A DNA stretch of 53,607 nt, taken from IMG/VR virus record IMGVR_UViG_3300028557_000049, positions 1 to 53,607 of that record; one strand, 5' to 3'. The translations under genes were made by a program, and so were the position numbers. The notes under the pieces are model-generated. The model had not been told where the DNA came from. It saw only the letters and a list, made by a program, of their open reading frames with translations, and did no database searches. This document shows, one piece after another, positions 1 through 8,309 of the stretch. Position 1 is the stretch's first letter. The number at the start of each line of letters is the position of its first letter. Source of the DNA: a virus (Duplodnaviria > Caudoviricetes).

Positions 1-2
1 TC

Positions 3-50
3 TTAACTATAAAGTTCCAAAAATCTTTTTAATTCTTTTACTGTTATCAT
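3..50 (-). pseudogene. 15-codon ORF MITVKELKRFLELYS, probable truncated paralog head of the 206..691 gene
   Basis: Lies behind a near-copy of the promoter/leader cassette of 206..691 (42-124 vs 683-765) and starts MIT..K like it. Confidence 0.35.
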
Positions 51-73
51 AGTATTTGTTTTTTAGTATAAGA

Positions 74-105
74 CAAAGGTAATTCTATTATTTTAGAATA
101 CCAAA
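74..105 (-). promoter_or_regulatory. Bacteroidetes-type sigma70 promoter, representative of >30 copies in the window
   Basis: Minus strand TTTG-N20-TACCTTTG; other copies near 715, 1987, 2622, 4801, 5745, 6175, 7042, 11031, 12831, 16305, 18182, 19772, 20716, 22734, 27984, 31432, 33688, 38902, 40580, 44891, 45110, 47108, 50447. Confidence 0.85.
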
Positions 106-147
106 TACTTTAACACATATTTTTAATTAATATGCCGGTAAAATAAA

Positions 148-179
148 ATATGGATAAGTTAATATTAACTTATCCATAT
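148..179. terminator. Perfect 32-bp palindrome, probable terminator of 206..691
   Basis: ATATGGATAAGTTAATATTAACTTATCCATAT is its own reverse complement; followed by a T-rich run on the minus strand. Confidence 0.55.
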
Positions 180-205
180 CCAACACTAGATAACACTAAA
201 ATACA

Positions 206-691
206 TTAACTTATTCTCTCTCCATTCTTATACGTAAATTCTCTATACAACTGTCCGTTCTCATACCAACTACGATATAATCCATCTATCTTTCCATTCT
301 TATACGTATATTCTACTCTCAACTGTCCGTCCTCATACCACATACGATATAATCCATCTAACTCTCCATTCTTAAACGTACATTCTACTCTCAACTGTCC
401 GTTATCATACCACCAACGATATAATCCATCTATCTTTCCATTCTTATACGTACATTGTACTTCCAACTGTCCGTTAGAATTCCATTGTTTAGCAATATGA
501 TTTGCTTTACTTTCAATATAGTTTATATCTATAGTTAAACCATTTTCTTCTAACCAAGATATATTACCTAATACTGTTTGCCATGCACTTAATTCATCGT
601 TCAATTCAATGAATTGAATAAAGTTATTTAATTGTGCTGAACAAGCATTATGCTTAATAGCAAATTCTTTGATTTGGTGTAGTGTTATCAT
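206..691 (-). CDS. MORN-variant repeat protein (YwqK-like)
   Basis: About 3.5 tandem 24-aa repeats YKNGKIDGLYRxWYxNGQL; 72-bp DNA period. Confidence 0.8.
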   Translation of the reverse strand: MITLHQIKEFAIKHNACSAQLNNFIQFIELNDELSAWQTVLGNISWLEENGLTIDINYIESKANHIAKQWNSNGQLEVQCTYKNGKIDGLYRWWYDNGQLRVECTFKNGELDGLYRMWYEDGQLRVEYTYKNGKIDGLYRSWYENGQLYREFTYKNGERIS

Positions 692-753
692 ACTGTTTAT
701 CTTTTAGTATAAGACAAAGGTAAGTATAATATTTTAGAATAGCAAATACTTTA

Positions 754-945
754 TCACATATTTTTTTTACGCTCATTAATTATATGTTTTTTCCAATCAT
801 TAAATGATAAAGGTTTATCATTTACATTAATAGTTGATTGTATTCCACTTGCTATTTTTACTTCTGAAATATAACCTTTAAGGTTACGCTCAAATATTAA
901 ACCTAACAAATTAATGTTGTAATTTATTTTATTGAAAACTGGCAT
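754..945 (-). CDS. hypothetical protein
   Basis: ORF in co-oriented array. Confidence 0.55.
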   Translation of the reverse strand: MPVFNKINYNINLLGLIFERNLKGYISEVKIASGIQSTINVNDKPLSFNDWKKHIINERKKNM

Positions 946-956
946 ATCTATTATAT

Positions 957-1514
957 TTAAAATTTTATATTTTTAAATGCTTCATCCACTATATCATCAA
1001 CTTCTTCTTGATTAAAGTGTCCTTCAATAATCAAATTATCAATTATATCTTCCTTATTAAATAAGTAAGAAAGACTATCTATTGTTTCACCATCTTCATC
1101 TTCAACAAGATAATAATAAACTTCACCGTTTAACCATTTACTAAATAATTCAACCTCATTACGCATATAAGTCTTGATACGTTCAATACGTTCAGGTGTT
1201 AATTTCTTCCAACCAAATTCTTTACGTATAACATTTTTAGGTGCAAAAATATAACCTAACTGTCCACTATCCCACGAACAATTAAAACCTGTTGTGTTAA
1301 GGGCTATTCCACCATGTTCGTAAAGATATATAGGTAATTCAATGTTATCATTACCACACTTTGCAAGATATTCAGCATGAAGTGAACGATAACCACCCTC
1401 AGCTTGCACATCACCTCTAACATTCCTATGTGCTGAAAAAATCTTGGTATAATGGTCGCTATATGTTCTTGGACTTTCACAATCTTGGTCGTAACCAATA
1501 ATTAACTTTCTCAT
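957..1514 (-). CDS. conserved phage hypothetical protein (YEHGG...CSWDSGQLG motif)
   Basis: Start moved to ATG 1514 (MRKLIIG) because a promoter lies at ~1535-1566. Confidence 0.7.
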   Translation of the reverse strand: MRKLIIGYDQDCESPRTYSDHYTKIFSAHRNVRGDVQAEGGYRSLHAEYLAKCGNDNIELPIYLYEHGGIALNTTGFNCSWDSGQLGYIFAPKNVIRKEFGWKKLTPERIERIKTYMRNEVELFSKWLNGEVYYYLVEDEDGETIDSLSYLFNKEDIIDNLIIEGHFNQEEVDDIVDEAFKNIKF

Positions 1515-1567
1515 AATCCGTTTGTTTGATAATGCTAAGATAAGCAAAAGAAACGAGACTACCAAAT

Positions 1568-1711
1568 TTATTTTATTGGTATAATCTGATAACGGGAAGT
1601 AATACACTCACGTACATATTGCTTGGCAGCTGCTATGCTGTCAAATTCACCAAAGTTAAGCATCTTATACTTCGTGCTTACCCATAGGTTACATCTTATT
1701 GGTTTGCTCAT
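1568..1711 (-). CDS. small hypothetical protein, 47 aa (MSKPIRCNLWVSTKYK...)
   Basis: Read by hand; below the ORF-track cutoff; abuts 1713..1955. Confidence 0.55.
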   Translation of the reverse strand: MSKPIRCNLWVSTKYKMLNFGEFDSIAAAKQYVRECITSRYQIIPIK

Positions 1712-1712
1712 C

Positions 1713-1955
1713 TTAGTTAACTTTTATTGTGCCTTGAGTTATTGCCAATGCACCCATAAAGAAATGCTCCATTTCCTTATAATCCCTGAATGCTGTTAGG
1801 ATATCAATCGCAGAGCTTTTTAATTCTCTAGCTACCGCAAAACGAATATTAGCACCCTTATTTGCTGAATAAATGAATAGCGTTTCATCTTTGCTAATTA
1901 ATCTCAAATATTCAGTTAAACTAGCTTTTTTCTGTGCATCAGTTAATCTTGCCAT
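1713..1955 (-). CDS. hypothetical protein
   Basis: ORF with own promoter at ~1987-2018. Confidence 0.65.
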   Translation of the reverse strand: MARLTDAQKKASLTEYLRLISKDETLFIYSANKGANIRFAVARELKSSAIDILTAFRDYKEMEHFFMGALAITQGTIKVN

Positions 1956-2035
1956 TAGTCCATTTGTTTTTGGTTAATTGATACGTCAAAGATAAGGAAA
2001 GGATTTGACAATTCCAAACCCTTTCCCCATTTATT

Positions 2036-2563
2036 TTATTCAACAAAATTTGGCTTGATTTGAGTATACCCTTCGGGCTTATTGCCTTCAATGCTTATTA
2101 CATCTCTAGCCCATATGCCAACGTATTCTTTACCAGATTCACCATAGAAATCTCCCCCACCCTGACCATTTCCCTCACAGGTAAGCAATGGCAAAGGGTG
2201 TATGCGCCAACCATCTATGCTCCTAGCTACTCTTTGTTTATCCACATATTCCTTTTTGGTGTGGTTAACAATATAACGACCTTCACGTAACCCTACCGAT
2301 TGGTTTGGTTGTACTTTCGTATCTATCTCACATAAATTGTATGTGTTTTCCTCTTGACCTTCCAATGGGTCGGCATAGTCACCAGCCCAAACAACGCTAC
2401 TAGGATTATTTAAAATAAGCCGTTCAAAAGACCTCACAAAAGGATTACGCATCCATGAATGATTCATTAGCTTTAATCCGTTGGCCATATCGTGAGAATA
2501 AACCCACGCATTAACGGTTGTCTTGTCATCAGCTAAAATTACTGGCTTGTAGTACTGTCCGAT
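2036..2563 (-). CDS. phage protein of the MGQYY-start type, here apparently with an ATC start or a mutated start
   Basis: Frame open 25 codons upstream of the track start: ATC GGA CAG TAC TAC (IGQYY); motifs WAGDYAD, NHTKKEYVD, IHPLPLLT, GNGQGGGD. Confidence 0.65.
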   Translation of the reverse strand: MGQYYKPVILADDKTTVNAWVYSHDMANGLKLMNHSWMRNPFVRSFERLILNNPSSVVWAGDYADPLEGQEENTYNLCEIDTKVQPNQSVGLREGRYIVNHTKKEYVDKQRVARSIDGWRIHPLPLLTCEGNGQGGGDFYGESGKEYVGIWARDVISIEGNKPEGYTQIKPNFVE

Positions 2564-2669
2564 AGTTTTAACGCCCTTTTGGGTACGCCCTCATTTTTTA
2601 GTTAATAAAATATTTACAATACAAAGATAAAACAAAAAAACCAGACTAGCAAATAATCTGGCTTTTTAT

Positions 2670-2927
2670 TTATTGAAAATCTTCAATTGAAACGGCACAT
2701 AATTCATTGATACGATAACCAAACTTATTTAACACATCAAACAAATTGGCATCGTTATCCAAATGGGTATAATAATCTTCTTCAAGACCAATAGATAACG
2801 TCATCTCTATGAAATATTTACTTGTAGTATACAAGTTTTTCGTAAAGATACGCAAGTCTTCAAGGCTGCCATATAATATCGGCCTTAAGCCATCATTCAA
2901 TTCATATACAATTATGCTTGTTTTCAT
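2670..2927 (-). CDS. hypothetical protein
   Basis: ORF with own promoter. Confidence 0.6.
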   Translation of the reverse strand: MKTSIIVYELNDGLRPILYGSLEDLRIFTKNLYTTSKYFIEMTLSIGLEEDYYTHLDNDANLFDVLNKFGYRINELCAVSIEDFQ

Positions 2928-2978
2928 ACGCTTATTATTTAGAATGCTAAGTTAAGTATTATTATTGAGATTACCAAA

Positions 2979-3539
2979 TCATTTGATTTTTTCTTCGGCA
3001 ATTATACGCTTTAGTTTATCCACATAGCTTATATCCTCAGCATAGTTTTGTTTTAGATAAACAAAATAATCTGATTCAGTCTTTACATCATTGAGATATT
3101 GCGCTTGGTAAAACGCATAATCAACAACAGACTCTTGCCACGTCTCATAATACGCATGACCATTTTCCTCACCCTTATTCGTTGTTGGTCGCTTCTTAGC
3201 TACCTTCATTCCAAAAAGATTATTATTGGTCTTGAATATCTTGCTATTAAAGTTTCCACTTTCAAGCTTTGCTTGTGCATATATTATATGCGGAAATCTT
3301 ATATTCAATTCAAGCAAATATGACTTAAGCTTTGGTGGACTAAATGCCTTTTCCTTAAGAGATTCATTTATAATAATCATCTTGGTTTCTTGGCTAATCA
3401 ATCGAATATCATCCGTTCTATTAATTAAAATAGATAGGGTTATGCCCATCGTAATAATGATAACTACCACCAACCCAATTAGGATTGATAGCGTTATATT
3501 CTTATATTGTATTGATTGCTTATCGTAACGATATATCAT
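2979..3539 (-). CDS. membrane-anchored glucosaminidase (GH73-like peptidoglycan hydrolase)
   Basis: N-terminal hydrophobic helix; AQAKLESG, NNLFGMK and YAED motifs. Confidence 0.8.
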   Translation of the reverse strand: MIYRYDKQSIQYKNITLSILIGLVVVIIITMGITLSILINRTDDIRLISQETKMIIINESLKEKAFSPPKLKSYLLELNIRFPHIIYAQAKLESGNFNSKIFKTNNNLFGMKVAKKRPTTNKGEENGHAYYETWQESVVDYAFYQAQYLNDVKTESDYFVYLKQNYAEDISYVDKLKRIIAEEKIK

Positions 3540-3601
3540 GTAGTTCTTTTTTGGTTAATTTATAATGCTAAGATAAGCATAATAATCCAGACTTCCAAAT
3601 T

Positions 3602-3811
3602 CTAAGCATTTATTTTTCGCTTGCTTGAATCTTTTACTACATTAATTAATTTAGCAAATAGCTCCTCATACATACCTTCATTGATTGGCTTGAGCCAATC
3701 AAAGTCATCAAGTGTCTTTAGGTCTTTAGAATCCTTCGTGCCTAATCGTATACCCCTAATATCATTGTCAATACGCTTAATTAATACATCTTCAAGAGTC
3801 TGTCTCGCCAT
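3602..3811 (-). CDS. hypothetical protein
   Basis: ORF. Confidence 0.6.
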   Translation of the reverse strand: MARQTLEDVLIKRIDNDIRGIRLGTKDSKDLKTLDDFDWLKPINEGMYEELFAKLINVVKDSSKRKINA

Positions 3812-3854
3812 ATGGGTTTATATTTTAGTTAATTTAAAAATCCTAATTCATATT

Positions 3855-3887
3855 AAAGAAAAACCCCACCATTTTCATAGTGGGGAA
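3855..3887 (-). terminator. rho-independent terminator
   Basis: CCCCAC...GTGGGG stem followed by TTTTTCTTT on the minus strand, after the gp88-like gene. Confidence 0.6.
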
Positions 3888-3912
3888 TCTCCAGCATCTA
3901 ACCAAAAATACT

Positions 3913-4776
3913 TTATTTGAATAATTCAACCACTTGTTCAGGTGTTGAATTCTTATCGCTCAACGAATAAATCGAAACTACCAAATCTTTTTTAACCTTT
4001 TTATAGGCCTTGGTTAATCTAGTCGATATGCTTTGCGTTCGTATCGCAAACCCACTACTAAACGCTAATGCATTATTAGCACCCTTACCAGTCATTTTCT
4101 TGTATTTCAAGCCACATACCACGCCACCTCGTTTATCTAAGAATCTTAGGTCGTCAGCATCCGCATTAATTACTTCATAACCCTCATAGGCTAGGGGCAA
4201 TGCATCAAATACCATTGCGGTATTGATACCCCTACTTAGCAATTCTATTGCCTTATCATGATTGGTTTCACTACGGCTAAACGTAAGGTGATAATTGCTA
4301 GGTAAAGCCTTATCAAAACGAGTATAGTTTTTAGTATAATCGTAAAATTGCACATCAGGAAATACCTCAAAGATATTCTTATTATCAAATATCTTAAACT
4401 TTTCCCATGTAATATCTGTAGTACCATTCAAGCGAAATACAGGTATCGCATTACCCTCATGCTTCTTGATTGCCTTGGCAATTTCAGCCTTAAGTTGGTG
4501 CAAAAATTCTACCCTATTAGATAGAAAGTATTCAGACTTGTTACGTCTACCTTGTTGTACACTAGTAAACATACCACCATTGCCACTACCTACTAGACAA
4601 CTTGCAGCACAACCACTACTGGCATGACTACATAGATTAATACCCTTGCTATTATCACGAAATGAACTCATGTAAAGGATATACGTTATATAAGGCAAAC
4701 CAAATGTAGCATCATTGGTTTTTAGCGATTTAATGGTTTTTGCATTGTTAGTGGTTAACAGTATTTGTCTTTTCAT
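3913..4776 (-). CDS. GP88-family (radical-SAM-like CxxxxxxCxxxC) phage protein
   Basis: LCSHASSGCAASCL, RLNGTTD, QFYDYTK, NYHLTFSRSE, DDLRFLD; start set at ATG 4776, downstream of the promoter at 4801-4832. Confidence 0.8.
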   Translation of the reverse strand: MKRQILLTTNNAKTIKSLKTNDATFGLPYITYILYMSSFRDNSKGINLCSHASSGCAASCLVGSGNGGMFTSVQQGRRNKSEYFLSNRVEFLHQLKAEIAKAIKKHEGNAIPVFRLNGTTDITWEKFKIFDNKNIFEVFPDVQFYDYTKNYTRFDKALPSNYHLTFSRSETNHDKAIELLSRGINTAMVFDALPLAYEGYEVINADADDLRFLDKRGGVVCGLKYKKMTGKGANNALAFSSGFAIRTQSISTRLTKAYKKVKKDLVVSIYSLSDKNSTPEQVVELFK

Positions 4777-4892
4777 AATAGTGTTTTTGGTTTGATGTTT
4801 CAAAGATAATTATTCTTTTTGTAATTACCAAATGTTTTTTACGATTAGGGTAAATTATTTACATTTTCGGGTTTTAACACATATTTATTAAT

Positions 4893-5630
4893 ATGAAAAA
4901 TAAAACAACCAAAAAACTAACAACAATAGATTTTGTTGAACGAGCCAAAATAATACATAACGATAAATATGATTATAGTTTATCCACATATGTTACCACA
5001 CATATTAAGGTTAAAATAATTTGTCCAATACATGGTGTGTTTGAACAATCACCACATAACCACTTAGCTGGTTTCAATTGTAAACAATGTAGTTCTGAAA
5101 ATACTGGTATTGAAAGAAGAGTAAAATTAATTGATTTTATTTCACAAGCAAATTTAATGCATAATAATTATTATGATTATTCTTTAGTTGAATATGTATC
5201 AGCCATAGAAAAGGTGGATATAGTTTGCCCAATACATGGTGTATTTAAACAAAAACCTAACGCACATATTGGACAAAAACAAGGTTGTCCAAGTTGTTAT
5301 CATCAAAAAATGAAAGATAATGGTGGAACGTGGTCGGCCATTGCTTGGCATAACACTGGCATCAAATCTAAAAATTTTGATGGGTTTAAATTATATGTAA
5401 TTCGATGCTTCAATGAAAATGAAGAATTCATAAAGATAGGTAAAACGTTTAATAAATTAAAAAAACGATTTAGTCAAATACCTTATAAATACGAAATAAT
5501 AAAAACCATAACATCAGAAAATGGTGAATATATTCATGAATTGGAAAAAAGGGTTAAACGTAAATATAATAAACATACATATTTACCTAAAACTAAGTTT
5601 GGTGGAATGTATGAATGTTTTAAAGTTTAG
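4893..5630 (+). CDS. free-standing homing endonuclease-like protein (two CPIHG zinc-ribbon repeats plus GIY-YIG/T5orf172-like nuclease)
   Basis: YDYS...ICPIHG.F.Q.P..H...C..C twice, then LYVIR...IKIGKT...E; opposite strand to neighbours; ATATTTAT at 4881. Confidence 0.75.
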   Translation: MKNKTTKKLTTIDFVERAKIIHNDKYDYSLSTYVTTHIKVKIICPIHGVFEQSPHNHLAGFNCKQCSSENTGIERRVKLIDFISQANLMHNNYYDYSLVEYVSAIEKVDIVCPIHGVFKQKPNAHIGQKQGCPSCYHQKMKDNGGTWSAIAWHNTGIKSKNFDGFKLYVIRCFNENEEFIKIGKTFNKLKKRFSQIPYKYEIIKTITSENGEYIHELEKRVKRKYNKHTYLPKTKFGGMYECFKV

Positions 5631-5713
5631 ATATACGTTATATATCCCAACTTTTCACCCTTGATAGTCTTAGCATTGTTGGTTGATAGTAAAGGCTTGC
5701 GCTTAATTTCCAT
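5627..5713 (-). pseudogene. stranded original 5' end of the GP88-family gene
   Basis: MEIKRKPLLSTNNAKTIKGEKLGYITYI* resembles MKRQILLTTNNAKTIK...PYITYI; has its own promoter at 5745-5776. Confidence 0.85.
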
Positions 5714-5776
5714 GGCTGTAATTGTTTTGGGTTAATTGATGCTTCAAAGATAATACATTAATTCGAGATTTCCAAA

Positions 5777-6148
5777 TTAACTTTCAATTATTTCCTCTAA
5801 TCCGAAGTATTTTTTTATCTCATTTGCTTTTTCTAAGCCTTGTGTTGTAAGACCATTCTCATCCCAATTATCCACTTCATCATGCAATTTTTGCACCCTT
5901 GACAAAAATGATATACCTAATGCTTGTAATTCCTGTGGTAATAAATCAAAGACACCTTCATTATCAATAGCAGTATCTTCAAAATTATCAAGCCTTAAAC
6001 ATAGTTCTTTTGGTAGATGCCTACCAATAGCGCAGCCATCATAATACGAACACGTATATCTATCTCCTGTATTAACTCCACGATTCGTAGAATTAAAGTG
6101 CTTAATAGTATCTTCCAAAAAGGCCAATTGTAATTTAGATGTTTCCAT
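5777..6148 (-). CDS. hypothetical protein (GCAIG...LQxLHD type)
   Basis: ORF with own promoter. Confidence 0.65.
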   Translation of the reverse strand: METSKLQLAFLEDTIKHFNSTNRGVNTGDRYTCSYYDGCAIGRHLPKELCLRLDNFEDTAIDNEGVFDLLPQELQALGISFLSRVQKLHDEVDNWDENGLTTQGLEKANEIKKYFGLEEIIES

Positions 6149-6220
6149 AGCTGTAATTGTTTTGTTGATACGTCAAAGATAAGTAATAATATTCAAACCA
6201 CCAAATTAAATCATTGGTTT

Positions 6221-7012
6221 TTATCTCGATTCAATTTTAGTTAATTTAAACTTGGGAAATAGCTTTTTGATTTCAGATTGCTTTAATACCCCAAACCTAT
6301 CAAAACCCTCCAAGCATAATTTATTATCTGAAATAATCTTATCAACAATCGCTTGTTGCTCATCACGACTTATGGTTATCAAAGACCTGTCATGATTGCC
6401 CAAATAATATGGATTAACCGTTTCAATGGCATCACCATAATATGCGGTAATATATGCCTTAGCATCAACAGGTTTTAAATATGGTAACTCCTTAACATCA
6501 TAAGAATTCATTTCTTGCTTATATATATTCATAAAGCAATACTTGTTTTCCACCAAGTCAATAATCGTTATACCATCATTGTTGTCCTCAATGGTAAAAT
6601 CATTACGAATTTCGGGGTTGATACCATTAAGATACCAAGAAGAACCAATGCCAGCATTAACAAATGAATTATTAGTTGCTTGATAATTCATTATAAAACC
6701 AATCGCTGTGGTTATCTTTTCAATTGAATTAAAATCATTATTATAACCACCCGTTGTAAACGGACACTTATAAGAACCATACTTTTCAGTACCATCTTTA
6801 TGTGAAGTCTCAAATTGAGAACCAAATTCTAATAAACGCATTGCGTTAACTATTGCTGAACGACCATATAACCATTGGTTATAATAAACAAGTATAGTAT
6901 ACTTACTAGTACCTAATTCACTAACAGCTTTTTTCTTTTCAGCTACCGATTCAAAACGTAGGTAATTAACTGGATTAAGTATCCTTACGAAAATTTGATG
7001 TCTCTGTCCCAT
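6221..7012 (-). CDS. hypothetical protein (MGQRHQ start, DNNDG motif)
   Basis: 263-aa ORF with own promoter. Confidence 0.7.
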   Translation of the reverse strand: MGQRHQIFVRILNPVNYLRFESVAEKKKAVSELGTSKYTILVYYNQWLYGRSAIVNAMRLLEFGSQFETSHKDGTEKYGSYKCPFTTGGYNNDFNSIEKITTAIGFIMNYQATNNSFVNAGIGSSWYLNGINPEIRNDFTIEDNNDGITIIDLVENKYCFMNIYKQEMNSYDVKELPYLKPVDAKAYITAYYGDAIETVNPYYLGNHDRSLITISRDEQQAIVDKIISDNKLCLEGFDRFGVLKQSEIKKLFPKFKLTKIESR

Positions 7013-7091
7013 AGCATTTGTGTTTTGGTTAATTGATGCTTCAAAGATAATACATTAATTCGAGACTTCCAAATAAATCAGAAATTAAATC

Positions 7092-7244
7092 TTAAAGACC
7101 AACCAACTCTTTAAACTTCTCATTACTAATAGCCTTACAACCATCTGTAGTATGTACATAATAACCAGTCTCAGTCCTATATATTAAACCAAGCAATTTA
7201 GAACCCTCTAATGGCGCAAATAGATATGTTTCAAGTACCCTCAT
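7092..7244 (-). CDS. small hypothetical protein, 50 aa (MRVLETYLFAPLEG...)
   Basis: Read by hand; promoter -7 box at ~7273. Confidence 0.5.
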   Translation of the reverse strand: MRVLETYLFAPLEGSKLLGLIYRTETGYYVHTTDGCKAISNEKFKELVGL

Positions 7245-7313
7245 GTGTATTTCTTTTAGTTAAACGATACCCCAAAGATAAACATAATAATCCGAATAAA
7301 AAAATCTATTTTA

Positions 7314-7574
7314 TTTGGTAGTCTCATTTCTTTTACTTATCTTTACATCGTTGTTATAGAAAGACAACGGGTTGGTAGTCGAAAGCTACCCAGAGGGTAT
7401 ACTCCAACCTGGCTTTTAGTGTACCCATATATAAATTAATTAAATTTATCCATGTATTTGGTAATACTAATCTTATTACCTACCTTTACATCTCATTTAA
7501 TTTAATACCCCAAATATAAGGATTAATTAAATACAGGTATTATTTGGTAATCTGGATTATTATTCCTATCTTTG
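7314..7574 (+). promoter_or_regulatory. three tandem plus-strand Bacteroidetes-type promoters with no downstream ORF
   Basis: TTTG 7314/TATCTTTA 7338; TTTG 7457/TACCTTTA 7481; TTTG 7543/TATCTTTG 7567; each with a 20-nt spacer. Confidence 0.65.
7349..7426 (+). ncRNA. candidate small structured RNA with a possible pseudoknot
   Basis: GC-richer island just after a promoter; stems CGTTGTT/GACAACG, GGTAG/CTACC, GGGTATACT/AGTGTACCC; G-U pairs only form on the plus strand. Confidence 0.5.
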
Positions 7575-7872
7575 TACTTCAATTATCTAACGCTAATAAT
7601 AGCCTATGTGAATGAAATTAACTAAAATATCTCTTATATGACACATATTAAATATATGTAGTGTCCACCCTATATCCATACTCGTTATGGTTATGGGGAT
7701 TCTGTGTTTATGGGTATAAATTATCTAATATTTTTTTTATGGTATAATATCTTATACTGCTTTTGTGGCTATCTCAGGATATGAATCCTATTCATATAAT
7801 AGGGGATTTCTATGTCATATTTCAAGTATCCTTTTATTTCATATCAAAAACGAATCATATTCCCAGTATTTA

Positions 7873-7898
7873 CCACTTCTTCCCACTTCTCTCCACTT
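7873..7898. repeat. CCACTT x3 at exact 10-bp spacing
   Basis: Copies start at 7873, 7883 and 7893. Confidence 0.6.
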
Positions 7899-8005
7899 AT
7901 TTCAAAAAAGCCCAAACGTGCTAACGTAGGTACAATATTTATCCTATAATATACAAAGCCATGTATATCAAGGTATTATAAATATGTCTTTAGGGCTGGC
8001 GTACC

Positions 8006-8025
8006 ATGTACACAAATGTGTACAT
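8006..8025. repeat. dispersed palindrome ATGTACACAAATGTGTACAT, copy 1
   Basis: Identical copy at 8290-8309; 18-bp copy at 23241-23258. Confidence 0.85.
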
Positions 8026-8026
8026 A

Positions 8027-8227
8027 TTACCATGATTTCTTATTAACTAAATTTAGCAGATTATATACCAGTGCTGCATCATATTCTTGCTTAGATATTA
8101 CATCGACACAAGTATCCTTACCTCCAGCATAAGCTAGGCTAAAACGTCCATCATTTAATTCAGCGTAGGTAAGATGATAATCTATATCTATAAAATAAAT
8201 CTTAAAGGCTTTTTTAATTAATTTCAT
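8027..8227 (-). CDS. hypothetical protein
   Basis: ORF between two palindrome copies. Confidence 0.6.
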   Translation of the reverse strand: MKLIKKAFKIYFIDIDYHLTYAELNDGRFSLAYAGGKDTCVDVISKQEYDAALVYNLLNLVNKKSW

Positions 8228-8289
8228 ATTATTCTTTATTATAATATACTTGGGGCCGATGTGCGGCTACGCCATCTAACATCGTACCG

Positions 8290-8309
8290 ATGTACACAAA
8301 TGTGTACAT
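8290..8309. repeat. dispersed palindrome, copy 2
   Basis: ATGTACACAAATGTGTACAT. Confidence 0.85.

Noticed and set aside
206-480. 72-bp tandem repeats as a CRISPR array or a DGR template/variable pair
   Set aside because: They are in-frame MORN-type coding repeats with no unique spacers, the differences are not adenine-specific, and no reverse transcriptase or cas gene is in the window
7369-7426. HDV-like/theta ribozyme, suggested by a 7-bp helix with a G-U first pair followed by GG
   Set aside because: The required P3/L3 element and the J4/2 catalytic C context cannot be placed; kept only as an unclassified structured RNA
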